The translations under genes were made by a program, and so were the position numbers. The notes under the pieces were generated by a model. It had not been told where the DNA came from. It saw nothing but the letters and a program-made list of their open reading frames with translations, and did not search any database. Shown one piece after another: positions 18,226 to 28,003 of a stretch of DNA of 64,000 bases. Location: contig OY970180.1 of the NCBI GenBank assembly GCA_963708085.1, forward strand, positions 792,565-856,564. Reading direction: 5' to 3'. This DNA is from an uncultured Actinomycetota bacterium. GTDB lineage: Bacteria > Actinomycetota > Thermoleophilia > Solirubrobacterales > Solirubrobacteraceae. Numbering within the stretch: the first letter of the stretch is position 1; every line of letters starts with the position of its first letter.

Positions 18226-19367
18226 TGGCCGCCGAGAACGCATACGTGCTGCTGGAGGATGGCTCGCGCTTCGACGGGCTGGCCTGCGGCGCGCCCACCC
18301 ACGCCGTTGGCGAGGTCGTCTTCACGACCGGTATGTCCGGCTACCAGGAGTCGGTCAGCGATCCCTCCTTCGCCGGGCAGCTGCTCACCTTCACCTACCC
18401 GCACATCGGCAACTACGGCGTCAGCGCCGAGGCGATGGAGTCGCAGAGCATCTGGGCCAAGGCGGCGATCATGCGTGCGGCCTGCGACTTCGAGGATTCA
18501 CCCGGCGCCGAGCGAGGCTGGCTCTCCTGGCTGGCCGACTGCGGCGTGCCAGGGATCAGCGACGTGGACACCCGCGCGCTCGTGCGACACATCCGGCAGG
18601 AGGGCTCGATGCGGGGTGGCCTCTTCCCCGGCGAGATGGATGGCGCGCGGGCGATGGAGCTGATAGCGGCCGAGCCGCCGATGCAGGGCAGGGATCTCGC
18701 GCGGGTCGTGAGCCCCGGCGAGGTGAGCGAGCTGGCCGCCGCTCGCAACGGCCACGGAACCGGCCATGGGCCGCTGATCGCAGTGCTCGACACGGGCGTG
18801 AAGTCCTCGATCGTGCGCAAGCTGACCGAGCGCGGGGCGCGCGTGCGGCTGCACCCCTGCACGAGCTCACCACAGCAGTTGCTGGAGGGAGACCCGGACG
18901 CGGTGCTGCTCGGCAATGGCCCCGGCGACCCCGCCGCGCTGGACTACGTGGTGGAGACGGTGAGGGGCGTGCTCGGCGTAAAGCCCGTGTGGGGAATCTG
19001 CCTCGGCCACCAGATGCTCTGCCGCGCGCTGGGCCTTGCGACCTTCAAGCTGCCCTTTGGCCACCGCGGCGCAAACCATCCCGTTAAGGACCTCTCGACC
19101 GGGCGCGTGGAGATCACCTCCCAGAACCACGGCTTTGCCGTGCTTGGCCCAGACGGCGGCGAGCTGATCGACAGCGACGAGCCGGTGCGCTGGGAGACCG
19201 ACTTCGGCGGCGCGCTGCTCTCGCACGTGAACCTCTACGACCGCACCGTGGAGGGGCTGACGCTGCTCGACGTGCCCGGCGGCAGCGTGCAGTACCACCC
19301 GGAGGCCGGCCCCGGCCCGCACGACAGCGTGCACTTCTTCGACCGGATGCTCTCAAGCCTTGCCTAA
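18225..19367 (+). CDS. carA: Carbamoyl-phosphate synthase small (glutaminase) subunit
   Basis: [18 protein letters not shown], and the GATase triad context GICLGHQ...HRGANHPV...QYHPEA. Confidence 0.95.
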   Translation: MAAENAYVLLEDGSRFDGLACGAPTHAVGEVVFTTGMSGYQESVSDPSFAGQLLTFTYPHIGNYGVSAEAMESQSIWAKAAIMRAACDFEDSPGAERGWLSWLADCGVPGISDVDTRALVRHIRQEGSMRGGLFPGEMDGARAMELIAAEPPMQGRDLARVVSPGEVSELAAARNGHGTGHGPLIAVLDTGVKSSIVRKLTERGARVRLHPCTSSPQQLLEGDPDAVLLGNGPGDPAALDYVVETVRGVLGVKPVWGICLGHQMLCRALGLATFKLPFGHRGANHPVKDLSTGRVEITSQNHGFAVLGPDGGELIDSDEPVRWETDFGGALLSHVNLYDRTVEGLTLLDVPGGSVQYHPEAGPGPHDSVHFFDRMLSSLA

Positions 19368-22300
19368 GCGAACCGACATCAAGAAGATCCTGATCATCGG
19401 CTCCGGGCCGATCGTGATCGGCCAGGCCGCCGAGTTCGACTACTCCGGGGTGCAGGCGTGCCGGGTGCTGCGCGCCGAGGGCTACGAGATCGTGCTGGTC
19501 AACTCCAACCCGGCGACGATCATGACCGACCCCGAGGTCGCGGACGCAACCTACATCGAGCCGCTTTTGCCCGGCCCCGTCGCGCAGGTGATCGAGCGCG
19601 AGCGTCCAGATGCACTGCTGCCGACGCTCGGCGGCCAGACCGCGCTGAACCTCGCCAAGGCGCTGAAGGACGACGGCACCCTGGAGCGATTCGGAGTGGA
19701 GCTGATCGGCGCCGACTACGACGCGATCATCTGTGCGGAGGACCGCGAGCTGTTCCGCACCGCGATGGAGCAGGCTGGCCTGCGGATGCCGGCGAGCGCG
19801 ATCGCGACCAGCCTCGACCAGGCGCTCGCCGCGGTGGAGGACCTCGGCCTGCCCTGCATCGTGCGCCCGGCGTTCACGCTAGGCGGGCGTGGCGGCGGCA
19901 TCGCGCGAACCGCGCAGCAGTTCCGTGAGATCGTCCCGCGTGGCCTGGAAGCCTCGCCGATCGGACAGGTGCTGCTCGATCAATCGGTGCTGGGATGGGG
20001 CGAGTTCGAGCTGGAGGTGATGCGCGACAAGGCCGACAACGTTGTGATCGTCTGCTCGATCGAGAACGTCGACCCGATGGGCGTGCACACGGGAGACTCA
20101 GTCACAGTCGCGCCGCAGCAGACGCTGACTGACAGCCTCTACCAGCGCATCCGCGACCAGGCGATCGCCGTGATCCGGGCGGTGGGTGTTGAGACCGGCG
20201 GATCGAACGTGCAGTTCGCGGTCAACCCGGATACCGAGGAGATCCTCGTGATCGAGATGAACCCACGCGTCTCGCGCTCCTCGGCGCTTGCCAGCAAGGC
20301 GACGGGCTTCCCGATCGCCAAGATCGCCGCGCGGCTGGCGGTCGGCTACCTGCTGGAGGAGATCGACAACGACATCACCGGCGTAACGCCGGCCGCATTC
20401 GAGCCCACGCTCGACTACGTGGTGGTGAAGTGGCCGCGCTTCGCGTTTGAGAAGTTCCCGGGCGCGACGCCGTCGCTCTCCACGCACATGAAGTCGGTGG
20501 GGGAGGCGATGGCGATCGGGCGCACCTTCGCGCAGGCGTTCGCCAAGGCGATGCGCTCGCGCGAGCTGGACAAGCCGCCCTGCCTCGGCGGTCTCTCCGA
20601 CGAGGCCCTTCTGGAGAGCCTGGGCACGCCCGCGCCTGACCGCTACGAGGCGATCTTCGAGCTGCTGCGGCGTGGCCGCGGGATCGAGGAGATCCAGCGC
20701 GAAAGCGCGATCGATCCGTGGTTCCTGCGCGAGATGAAGGCGCTCGCGCTCGATCCGCAGGGGCCGTTTTCCGGGCAGCGCACGTTCAAGTCGGTGGACA
20801 CCTGTGCCGCCGAGTTCCCGGCGCGCACTCCCTATCACTACTCGAGCTTTGAGCGGCCCGCTCACGGTGGGCCGGTGGAGAACGAGGTCCAGCGCGGCGA
20901 TCGGCCCTCGGTGATGATCCTCGGCGCCGGCCCCAACCGGATCGGGCAAGGCATCGAGTTTGACTACTGCTGCGTGCATGCCGCGATGACCGTGCGCGAA
21001 ATGGACATGGATGCAGTGATGGTCAATTGCAACCCGGAGACTGTCTCCACCGATTACGACACCTCCGACCGGCTCTACTTCGAGCCGCTCACGCTTGAGG
21101 ACGTGCTCGGGGTTGTTGACGTCGAGAAGCCGCAGGGCGTGATCGTGCAGTTCGGTGGGCAGACGCCGCTGAAGCTCGCCGCTGGCCTGGAGCAAGCGGG
21201 TGTGCCGTTGCTCGGCACAAGCGTTGAGGCGATCGACCTGGCCGAGGATCGCGGCCGCTTCGGCGCACTGTTGCAGCGACTTGGCTACCAGGCGCCGCCG
21301 TACGCCACCGCGACCAGCACACAGCAGGCGCTGGACTGCGCGCAGCAGGTCGGCTACCCGCTGCTCGTGCGCCCCTCCTACGTGCTCGGCGGCCGCGCGA
21401 TGGAGATCGTCTACTCCCACGAGGGCCTTGCCGACTATCTGCGGCGCGAGGTCGACGATGAGCTGCGCAACACGATCTATCTCGACCGCTTCCTGGAGGA
21501 CGCGGTGGAGGTCGACGTCGACGCGCTCTGCGACGGCGCGGAGGTCTGGATCGGCGGGATCATGCAGCACGTGGAGGAGGCCGGCGTTCACTCTGGCGAC
21601 TCCGCGTGCGTGCTGCCACCGCACTCGCTCGGGGAGGAGATGCTGGAGCAGATCCGCGCGGCCACGCGCGGCATCGCGCTGGAGATCGGGGTGGTCGGGC
21701 TGATCAACGTGCAGTACGCGATCCACCACGGGCAGCTGTACGTGATCGAGGCCAACCCGCGCGCCTCGCGCACGGTCCCGTTCGTCTCCAAGGCTGTTGG
21801 GCTGCCGCTGGCCAAGCTCGCCTGCCAGATCATGCTCGGCAGACGGATTGCGGACCTTGGCCTGCCGCGCGAGCGCGAAGGGCTCGGCTTCGGCGACCAC
21901 GTCTCGGTCAAGGAGGCGGTGATGCCGTTCGACCGCTTCGACGGCGCCGACGCGGTGCTCGGCCCCGAGATGCGCTCCACGGGCGAGGTGATGGGCATCG
22001 CACGCGACTTCCCGACCGCCTTCGCCAAGGCGCAGGCAGCGGCTGGCGTGCCGCTGCCTGCTTCGGGCACGGCGTTCATATCGGTCACCGATTCCGACAA
22101 GTCCGGCGCGGTCGCGATCGCGCAGCTGGTGCACGACGCCGGCTTTGCAATCGTGGCCACGCGCGGCACGGCGGAGGCGATTACGCGCATGGGCGTGCCG
22201 GTCACGCCGCTGAACAAGATCGGCGAAGGTTCTCCGCATGTGGTCGACTGGATCGAGCGTGGCGATGTCGACCTGGTCGTCAACACCCCCACCGGGTCGG

Positions 22301-22488
22301 GTGCGCGCAGCGACGGTTGGGAGATCCGCAATGCTGCGACCCGGCGCGGGATTCCCTGCCTGACGACGCTCGCCGCCGGCATATCCGCTGCCCGCGCGAT
22401 CGCAAGAGCCGGCACGGCCGGAGAGCCGGAGGTGCTCTGCCTGCAACGCTTGCACGATCAGCGGGGCAACCGCGCCGGGGTCGCGTGA
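19360..22488 (+). CDS. carB: Carbamoyl-phosphate synthase large subunit
   Basis: 1042 aa. Duplicated ATP-grasp halves ([21 protein letters not shown]; [21 protein letters not shown]) and a C-terminal MGS-like domain. The TTG start overlaps the carA stop. Confidence 0.95.
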   Translation: MPKRTDIKKILIIGSGPIVIGQAAEFDYSGVQACRVLRAEGYEIVLVNSNPATIMTDPEVADATYIEPLLPGPVAQVIERERPDALLPTLGGQTALNLAKALKDDGTLERFGVELIGADYDAIICAEDRELFRTAMEQAGLRMPASAIATSLDQALAAVEDLGLPCIVRPAFTLGGRGGGIARTAQQFREIVPRGLEASPIGQVLLDQSVLGWGEFELEVMRDKADNVVIVCSIENVDPMGVHTGDSVTVAPQQTLTDSLYQRIRDQAIAVIRAVGVETGGSNVQFAVNPDTEEILVIEMNPRVSRSSALASKATGFPIAKIAARLAVGYLLEEIDNDITGVTPAAFEPTLDYVVVKWPRFAFEKFPGATPSLSTHMKSVGEAMAIGRTFAQAFAKAMRSRELDKPPCLGGLSDEALLESLGTPAPDRYEAIFELLRRGRGIEEIQRESAIDPWFLREMKALALDPQGPFSGQRTFKSVDTCAAEFPARTPYHYSSFERPAHGGPVENEVQRGDRPSVMILGAGPNRIGQGIEFDYCCVHAAMTVREMDMDAVMVNCNPETVSTDYDTSDRLYFEPLTLEDVLGVVDVEKPQGVIVQFGGQTPLKLAAGLEQAGVPLLGTSVEAIDLAEDRGRFGALLQRLGYQAPPYATATSTQQALDCAQQVGYPLLVRPSYVLGGRAMEIVYSHEGLADYLRREVDDELRNTIYLDRFLEDAVEVDVDALCDGAEVWIGGIMQHVEEAGVHSGDSACVLPPHSLGEEMLEQIRAATRGIALEIGVVGLINVQYAIHHGQLYVIEANPRASRTVPFVSKAVGLPLAKLACQIMLGRRIADLGLPREREGLGFGDHVSVKEAVMPFDRFDGADAVLGPEMRSTGEVMGIARDFPTAFAKAQAAAGVPLPASGTAFISVTDSDKSGAVAIAQLVHDAGFAIVATRGTAEAITRMGVPVTPLNKIGEGSPHVVDWIERGDVDLVVNTPTGSGARSDGWEIRNAATRRGIPCLTTLAAGISAARAIARAGTAGEPEVLCLQRLHDQRGNRAGVA

Positions 22489-23306
22489 GCTTCTGGCAGG
22501 ACGGCGCGGCACCCCCGACGCCGTTTGGACGCAGGCTGCTGCCGGTGGTGGCCAACGAACAGGTGGGCGCCTACAGGCTGCTGTGGGTGCTCGATCGCGA
22601 CGGCCCACCGCCCCGGGCCGGACAGTTTGCGATGATCGCCGCCGCACAGGGATGGGGAGGGGGCGTCGACGAGCGTCCCTTCCTACCGCGCGCGTTCTCG
22701 ATCGCGCGGCGCCAGGACGATGGCCGCTGCGCCTTTCTGATCGAGGACGTGGGCCCTGGCACCGCACGGCTGTGCGCGCTGCAGCCAGGGGAGGAGTTGT
22801 GGGTGCTCGGGCCGCTCGGTTGCGGGTTCTCGCGTGCCCCGGAGGGCCACAAGACGATCCTGCTCGGCGGAGGCATCGGGATCGCGCCGCTGATGATCCT
22901 GCAGGATGCGATCGCGGTCGAGGGTTCTCTGGAGGGCTCCGTGGTTCTGCTCGGTTTTCGCGGGCGTGCGCACGCGCAGGGGGCCTCGCTGCTTCGCGAG
23001 CCGGTGCTCGCCACCGACGACGGCTCGGTCGGCCACCACGGACTGGTGACCGATCTGCTGGAGCAGCAACTGAGCGACGGGTCCCCGACGGTCGTGCGCG
23101 CCTGCGGTCCGCCCGCGATGCTCGAGAGCGTCAGGGCGATCTGCGAGCGCGACGGCGTGCAGGCCGAGCTGGCGCTGGAGGCAAGCATGGCCTGCGGCTA
23201 CGGCGCCTGCTACGGCTGCGCGGTGCCACGCCGCGACGGCGGCTACCTACGGGTGTGCGTCGAGGGCCCGGTGGTGGATGCAGCCGAGCTGGAGCAGGTC
23301 GCATGA
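22485..23306 (+). CDS. pyrK: Dihydroorotate dehydrogenase electron-transfer subunit (PyrK, FAD/[2Fe-2S])
   Basis: RAFSIA (flavin-binding RxxS), GGGIGIAPL, and C-terminal [11 protein letters not shown]...C cluster motifs. GTG 22485 overlaps the carB TGA. Confidence 0.85.
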   Translation: MSFWQDGAAPPTPFGRRLLPVVANEQVGAYRLLWVLDRDGPPPRAGQFAMIAAAQGWGGGVDERPFLPRAFSIARRQDDGRCAFLIEDVGPGTARLCALQPGEELWVLGPLGCGFSRAPEGHKTILLGGGIGIAPLMILQDAIAVEGSLEGSVVLLGFRGRAHAQGASLLREPVLATDDGSVGHHGLVTDLLEQQLSDGSPTVVRACGPPAMLESVRAICERDGVQAELALEASMACGYGACYGCAVPRRDGGYLRVCVEGPVVDAAELEQVA

Positions 23307-24157
23307 TCGACTTCTGTGGCCTAAAGCTCGTCCACCCGGTGATCAACGGCTCGGGCACCTTCGACGCGATCGCCGCCCGCAAGGTCTTCGGCGAGCAGCT
23401 CCCAGAACGCTTCCCGTTCTCCGCCTTCGTCTCCAAGACGATCACGTTGCAGCCGCGGCCGGGCAATCCGGCGCCGCGACTGTGGGAGGCGCCGGCGGGG
23501 CTGATCAACTCGATCGGGCTGCCCAATAAGGGCCTTGATGGATATATCCGCGAGGACCTGCCGCAGCTGGCTGAGCTGCCGGTGCCGCTGATCACAAATG
23601 TGATGGGGTCGACCGAGCAGGAGCTCTGCGAGCTGGTCGCGGCCTGCCAGGCTCAGCCCGAGATTGCCGCGATCGAGCTGAACGTCTCCTGCCCGAACGT
23701 CAAGACCGGGCTTGACATCGGCTCCGATCCACAGCAGCTGGAGCAGGTCACCCGCGCGGTGCGCGCGCATTCCGCAAAGCCCTTGATTGTGAAGCTGACG
23801 CCAAACACCGCTGACGTGGCGGCCTGCGCTGCGGCTGCGCAGCGCGGCGGCGCGGACGCCGTCTCGCTAATCAACACGCTGCGGGCGATGGCGCTTGCGC
23901 CCGGTACAGATCGTCCCTGGCTGGGAGGCCGCACGGGCGGACTCTCAGGTCCCGCGATCCGCGCGGTCGCGCTGGCCCAGGTCGCCGCGGTGAGGGCGGC
24001 GGTGGACTTGCCGATCGTCGGGATGGGGGGCGTGCAGAGCGCCGCTCACGCACGCGATCTGCTGCGCGCCGGCGCAGATCTGGTGGCGGTGGGCACCGAG
24101 AGCTTCCGCGACCCCACGGCGGCTGCGCGCATCGCTGTGGAGATCGGACAGCGGTAG
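23303..24157 (+). CDS. pyrD: Dihydroorotate dehydrogenase, class 1B catalytic subunit
   Basis: NGSGTF, NSIGLPN, ELNVSCPNV (class-1 catalytic Cys), and GGVQSA...GA..V.VGT at the C terminus. The ATG overlaps the pyrK stop. Confidence 0.92.
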   Translation: MIDFCGLKLVHPVINGSGTFDAIAARKVFGEQLPERFPFSAFVSKTITLQPRPGNPAPRLWEAPAGLINSIGLPNKGLDGYIREDLPQLAELPVPLITNVMGSTEQELCELVAACQAQPEIAAIELNVSCPNVKTGLDIGSDPQQLEQVTRAVRAHSAKPLIVKLTPNTADVAACAAAAQRGGADAVSLINTLRAMALAPGTDRPWLGGRTGGLSGPAIRAVALAQVAAVRAAVDLPIVGMGGVQSAAHARDLLRAGADLVAVGTESFRDPTAAARIAVEIGQR

Positions 24158-24297
24158 GGCGGATCGGAGGAAACCCCTGCAAACGCGCGTTGTCACCGTA
24201 CAGCTGCCTCTAGGTGCATGAACCTCAAGTTCAGCTTCAGGTGAATTGCGCGAGTTGGCGTCAAACGGCGTCCCGGTCCGTGTACACTCGCTCGTCC

Positions 24298-24672
24298 ATG
24301 GCGATCGCGACCGACACGGCGCCGGCAGCGCACGACACCGAGCAAGACACGGCGGTTGCAGCCCGGGAGAGGCTGAGTAGATCTCACCTTCAACGCATGG
24401 ATGCGCTTGCCCGGGCCAACCACATTCGGACTCAGCGCGCCCAGGTCAAGCGCGACCTGAAGGCGGGCAGGGTCTCGATCGACTCGCTGATGCTGGATCC
24501 GCCCGGCTGCGTGGAGACCGCAAAGGTCTTCGACCTGCTGCTGGCCGTGCCGCGGTACGGGCGCGTGAAGGTCAACAAGGTGCTGGCCAACTGCCGCATC
24601 TCACCGAGCAAGACGATCGGCGGGCTCTCTGAGCGGCAGCGTACGGAGCTGGTCGCGCTTCTCCGTCGCTAG
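24298..24672 (+). CDS. mihF: Actinobacterial integration host factor mIHF
   Basis: ANHIRTQRAQVKRDLKAGRVSI...VFDLLLAVPRYGRVKVNKVL...ISPSKTIGGLSERQRTELV is the mIHF signature. Conserved position before gmk. The start (ATG 24298, or ATG 24400 at MDALARAN) is uncertain. Confidence 0.85.
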   Translation: MAIATDTAPAAHDTEQDTAVAARERLSRSHLQRMDALARANHIRTQRAQVKRDLKAGRVSIDSLMLDPPGCVETAKVFDLLLAVPRYGRVKVNKVLANCRISPSKTIGGLSERQRTELVALLRR

Positions 24673-24811
24673 ACGGCCGCTGGACTGCGCGATACTGCGT
24701 CCTCCCTCGCTCATGTGCCCGACGCACACTACGCTCGGTGCGTCCTTGTCTCGCTTGTCCATCGACCGTCTAGACCCCGATTCAACCGGAGCGGCCTCTA
24801 GGGTCCCGCGC

Positions 24812-25384
24812 ATGGCGCGCGTGTTCGTGATCACCGGCCCTTCCGGCGTGGGGAAGGGCACCCTCATCTCCGGGCTGATGCAGCAGCTGCCTCAATTGGA
24901 GCTCTCGGTCTCGGCCACCACGCGCGCGCCGCGACCCGGCGAGCAGAACGGCGTCCAATACCACTTCCTCTCAAACGAGGACTTCGACCGGCTCGAAGCG
25001 GACAGCGGGTTCGTCGAGCACGCCAACTACGCTGGCCGCCGCTACGGCACGCTGCGCAGCGAGCTTGAGCGGCGTGTCAGCGACGGCGTGCCGATCGTGC
25101 TGGAGATCGAGGTGCAGGGTGCACGCCAGGTGCGCGCGGCGATGCCCGACGCTCTGCAGGTGTTCATCGCACCACCATCCCTGCCTGTGCTCAGAGAACG
25201 GCTCGTTGGCCGCGGCACCGACGATCCGCAGGAGGTCGCGCGGCGCCTAGCGGTGGCCGAGGAAGAGCTTGCGGCGCAGAGCGAGTTCGCGCACGTGATC
25301 GTCAACGACGACCTGCATCAGGCACAGGGAGAGCTCGTGGCGCTCGTGCAGCAGGCGCTCGCTTGCTCCGAGCCTCTAGACTAA
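24812..25384 (+). CDS. gmk: Guanylate kinase
   Basis: VITGPSGVGKGT P-loop, SATTRAPRPGEQNGVQYHF, and YGT blocks. Confidence 0.93.
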   Translation: MARVFVITGPSGVGKGTLISGLMQQLPQLELSVSATTRAPRPGEQNGVQYHFLSNEDFDRLEADSGFVEHANYAGRRYGTLRSELERRVSDGVPIVLEIEVQGARQVRAAMPDALQVFIAPPSLPVLRERLVGRGTDDPQEVARRLAVAEEELAAQSEFAHVIVNDDLHQAQGELVALVQQALACSEPLD

Positions 25385-25413
25385 AGCTCCACCCAGGAAA
25401 GGCGAATGCCCCG

Positions 25414-25641
25414 ATGATCTCACCCCGCGTCGACCGCCTGCTCGAGAACGTTGACTCCAACTATGCAGGCGTCCTGGTCGCAGCCAAGCGCGCGCGCCAG
25501 ATAAACAGCTACTACCACAACCTTGGCGAGGGCACCTTCGACGAGTTCCCGCCGCCGATGATCGAGACCAAGTCCAAGAACTACTTGACGATCGCCCTCG
25601 AAGAAGTCGCAGCGGGCAAGATCAAGTACCACTACCGCTGA
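25414..25641 (+). CDS. rpoZ: DNA-directed RNA polymerase subunit omega
   Basis: NYAGVLVAAKRARQI motif, 75 aa, with conserved gmk-rpoZ-coaBC order. Confidence 0.88.
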   Translation: MISPRVDRLLENVDSNYAGVLVAAKRARQINSYYHNLGEGTFDEFPPPMIETKSKNYLTIALEEVAAGKIKYHYR

Positions 25642-25718
25642 GAGAACGGCCGGACGGCGCATGTCGGCGCCCTCTCAGCAGCTCAGTTTGATTTGACGAA
25701 CCGATAGAGCTTTCGGAA

Positions 25719-26970
25719 ATGGCCAGAATCCTGCTCGGCGTCAGCGGCGGCATCGCCGCATACAAGGCGCTAGAGCTCGTGCGCTTGGCGACCGGCGCCG
25801 GGCACTCGGTGCGGGTGATCCAGACGCCGAGCAGCCGCAGGTTTGTGGGCCAGGCCTCCTTCGAGGCGCTCACCGGCGCGCCAGTCCTGGTCAGCGAGTT
25901 CGACCACGACCCGTTTCATGGCGCCTTTCCCGGCGAGCAGCCGCCCGGTTACGAGCCGATCGGCCATCTGGAGATCGTGGCCAAAGCCGACCTGCTGCTG
26001 ATCGCGCCCGCCTCGGCGAACACGATCGCAAAGCTCGCCCACGGGCACGCGGAGGGCATGCTGAGCACGGGCGCGCTGGCGGCCAGGTGCCCGCTCGTGA
26101 TCGCGCCGGCGATGAACTCCAACATGTACGAGCATCCGGCCACGCGCGCCAACCTGGCACTGCTCAGAGACCGCGGGGCGCACGTGGTCGAGCCCGAGTC
26201 GGGCCGCCTGGCGTCCAAGGGCGAGCAGGGGATTGGTCGTCTGCCCGAGCCCGCTGCCCTGCTGGCCGCATGTGAGGCGATCCTTGCAGCAGGGTGCGGC
26301 CCGCAGCACACCGGTGGATGGGCGGGCTTGAAGGTCCTGGTCACGGCCGGTGGCACGCGCGAGCCGATCGACGGCGTGCGCTTCGTGGGCAACACCTCCA
26401 GCGGCCGCATGGGACTCGCGCTCGCACAGGCCGCCGCCACACGCGGCGCGCAGGTCACCGTGATCGCCGCGAACGTCGCGCTCGAGAAGCCTGCGGGCGT
26501 GCGCTGGATCGAGGCGGCGACCGCAGCGGATATGCAGCGGGTCTGCGAGCAGGAGCTGCCCGGCTGCGAGGTGCTGCTGATGGCCGCCGCGATCGCCGAC
26601 TTCCGGCCCGCTCATGCGGTCAACGGCAAGATTAAGAAGCGGGAGTGTCAATCGCTGACGCTTGAGCTCGAAGCCGACCCCCGACGTGCTCGCCGGTCTG
26701 GCCGCCGCGCGCACCGACCGGCAGACGTTGGTCGGCTTCGCCGCCGAGCACGGCGATCAAGGGCCGGCGCACGCGCGGGCGAAGCTGGCCGAGAAGCACC
26801 TGGATGCGATCGTGCTCAACGACATCTCACGCAGCGACATCGGCTTCGCCGCCGCCGAGAACGAGGTCACGGTGATCGCCCCCGCCTGGGAGCAGAGCAT
26901 CGCCAAGGCCGACAAGCGCACGGTCGCCGAGGGCATCCTCGACGCTGTGCAACGGCTGCGAGAGCTCTGA
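25719..26970 (+). pseudogene. coaBC: Phosphopantothenoylcysteine decarboxylase/synthetase CoaBC, interrupted by an apparent 1-nt insertion in a C5 run (26678-26682)
   Basis: Frame 0 gives ILLGVSGGIAAYK...APAMNSNMYEHPAT...LVTAGGTREPIDGVRFVGNTSSGRMG...AAAIADFRP...LTLELEADP and then Arg-rich nonsense. The conserved C terminus (PDVLAGL...LVGFAAE...KHLDAIVLNDIS...) continues in frame +1 as ORF 26662..26970. This could be a true pseudogene, a homopolymer sequencing error, or recoding. Confidence 0.8.
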
Positions 26971-27029
26971 GGATCGGCTCCCGGAGTCGGCAGGAGGGCT
27001 CCGAGGCGCCGGCTAAAGTGTGGTCAGCG

Positions 27030-27398
27030 ATGGACAGCCTCTATGACCTGTACATGCGCGGCTGTGACCTGCTGGCTCATGGCGACTACCAGGCGGCGAT
27101 CGTGCCGCTGACTCGGGCGCGCAACATGGAGCCCGAAAAGACCTCGATCAGGGAGGCCCTTGGCCGCGCTCTCTTCCACGCCCATCGCTTCGAGCACGCG
27201 GCTCGAGAGTTCGAGGCCGTCGCCAGCGCCGCCCCCACCAACGACTATGCGCTTTTCTGCCTGGGACGCGCCATGCAGCTGATGGGTCGCCATCGCGAGG
27301 CTTGCAAGCCGCTTGCCCTGGCATGCTCGCTGCGGCCCGAGCGCGCCGACTACCGGCTCTATCGCGACCGCGCGCGCAAGGCCGCGCACGGCTCCTGA
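27030..27398 (+). CDS. Small tetratricopeptide-repeat (TPR) protein
   Basis: 122 aa with TPR-like helices (HGDYQAAIVPLTRARNMEPEK..., YALFCLGRAMQLMGRHREACKPLALA). It lies in the same frame as the shifted coaBC read-through but has its own ATG. Confidence 0.6.
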   Translation: MDSLYDLYMRGCDLLAHGDYQAAIVPLTRARNMEPEKTSIREALGRALFHAHRFEHAAREFEAVASAAPTNDYALFCLGRAMQLMGRHREACKPLALACSLRPERADYRLYRDRARKAAHGS

Positions 27399-27494
27399 GC
27401 ATTAGGGCCGTTCTCAAGGCCCACGAACCAAGCGGTGCTATTCTCGACGCACGGCTTTCTCGCCGGCGCCCGTGCCGGCAGTCGTATCTGAAAG

Positions 27495-27518
27495 TGGGCG
27501 CTCGCCCGCTTTTTTTTC
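27495..27518 (+). terminator. Possible intrinsic terminator (short GC hairpin + T8)
   Basis: GGGCGCTCGCCCGC followed by TTTTTTTT. The stem is only 4-5 bp, but a T8 run is exceptional in this GC-rich sequence. Located between the TPR gene and rimP. Confidence 0.4.
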
Positions 27519-27534
27519 GTCGTCAGGAGGTCCC

Positions 27535-27999
27535 ATGACAGCACTCCAAGAAGAGATCGAGCAGCGGCTGGCTGATGCCGAGCCGCAGGTCGAGGTGCTG
27601 CTCGCAGAGGTGCTCGGCGGTGGGACGCTGCGCATCTTCATCGACCATCCAGACGGCGTGACGCTCTCGCTGTGCGAACGCGTGAGCGGCCATCTGGCCG
27701 ACATGCGGGACCGCTACACGCTCGAGGTCTCCTCGCCCGGAAGCGAACGGCCGCTCAGCAAGCCCGACCACTTCCAGCGTTATATAGGCCGCCGCGCGCG
27801 TGTACGGGTGCGGGCGGCCCATGAGCAAGAGTGCTCGCCCGGGCGCACGCACGCAGGACAGACCGCCGCGGAGCGCCGGCGCAGCTATACGGGGGAGCTC
27901 GTGGGAGCCTCCGACAGCGAGATCACCTTGGCCGCCGAGGGCGGGATCGTCGCGATCCCCTACTCGGACATACGTCGTTGCAACCTCGTCGAGGAGTAG
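27535..27999 (+). CDS. rimP: Ribosome maturation factor RimP
   Basis: LRIFIDHPDGVTLSLCERVS...YTLEVSSPGSERPL motif. GGAGG lies 6 nt before the ATG. First gene of the rimP-nusA-infB operon. Confidence 0.88.
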   Translation: MTALQEEIEQRLADAEPQVEVLLAEVLGGGTLRIFIDHPDGVTLSLCERVSGHLADMRDRYTLEVSSPGSERPLSKPDHFQRYIGRRARVRVRAAHEQECSPGRTHAGQTAAERRRSYTGELVGASDSEITLAAEGGIVAIPYSDIRRCNLVEE

Positions 28000-28003
28000 A
28001 TCC

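Noticed and set aside
21606-22484. Long N-terminal extension of the pyrK ORF (566 aa)
   Set aside because: It overlaps carB out of frame and has Arg/Gly-rich composition. PyrK homology begins only near GTG 22485, which overlaps the carB stop. Analogous extensions were trimmed for pyrC (16065), pyrD (22583), rnz (13592), cinA (48478) and the M16 peptidase (38122).
20098-22767. 889-aa ORF on the minus strand
   Set aside because: It is entirely antisense to carB/pyrK, which have unambiguous conserved motifs. The translation is Arg/Ala/Gly/Pro-rich with no recognisable domain. This is a typical stop-codon-poor antisense frame in high-GC DNA. The same reasoning applies to 1225..2766(-), 13649..15310(-), 35907..37373(-), 45244..47262(-), 53565..54974(-), 33238..34266(-) and similar ORFs.
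25719-27398. 559-aa ORF suggesting a large CoaBC-TPR fusion protein
   Set aside because: The middle 115 codons or so are Arg-rich nonsense created by the frameshift at 26678-26682. The genuine CoaBC C terminus is in the +1 frame, and the TPR protein has its own ATG at 27030.
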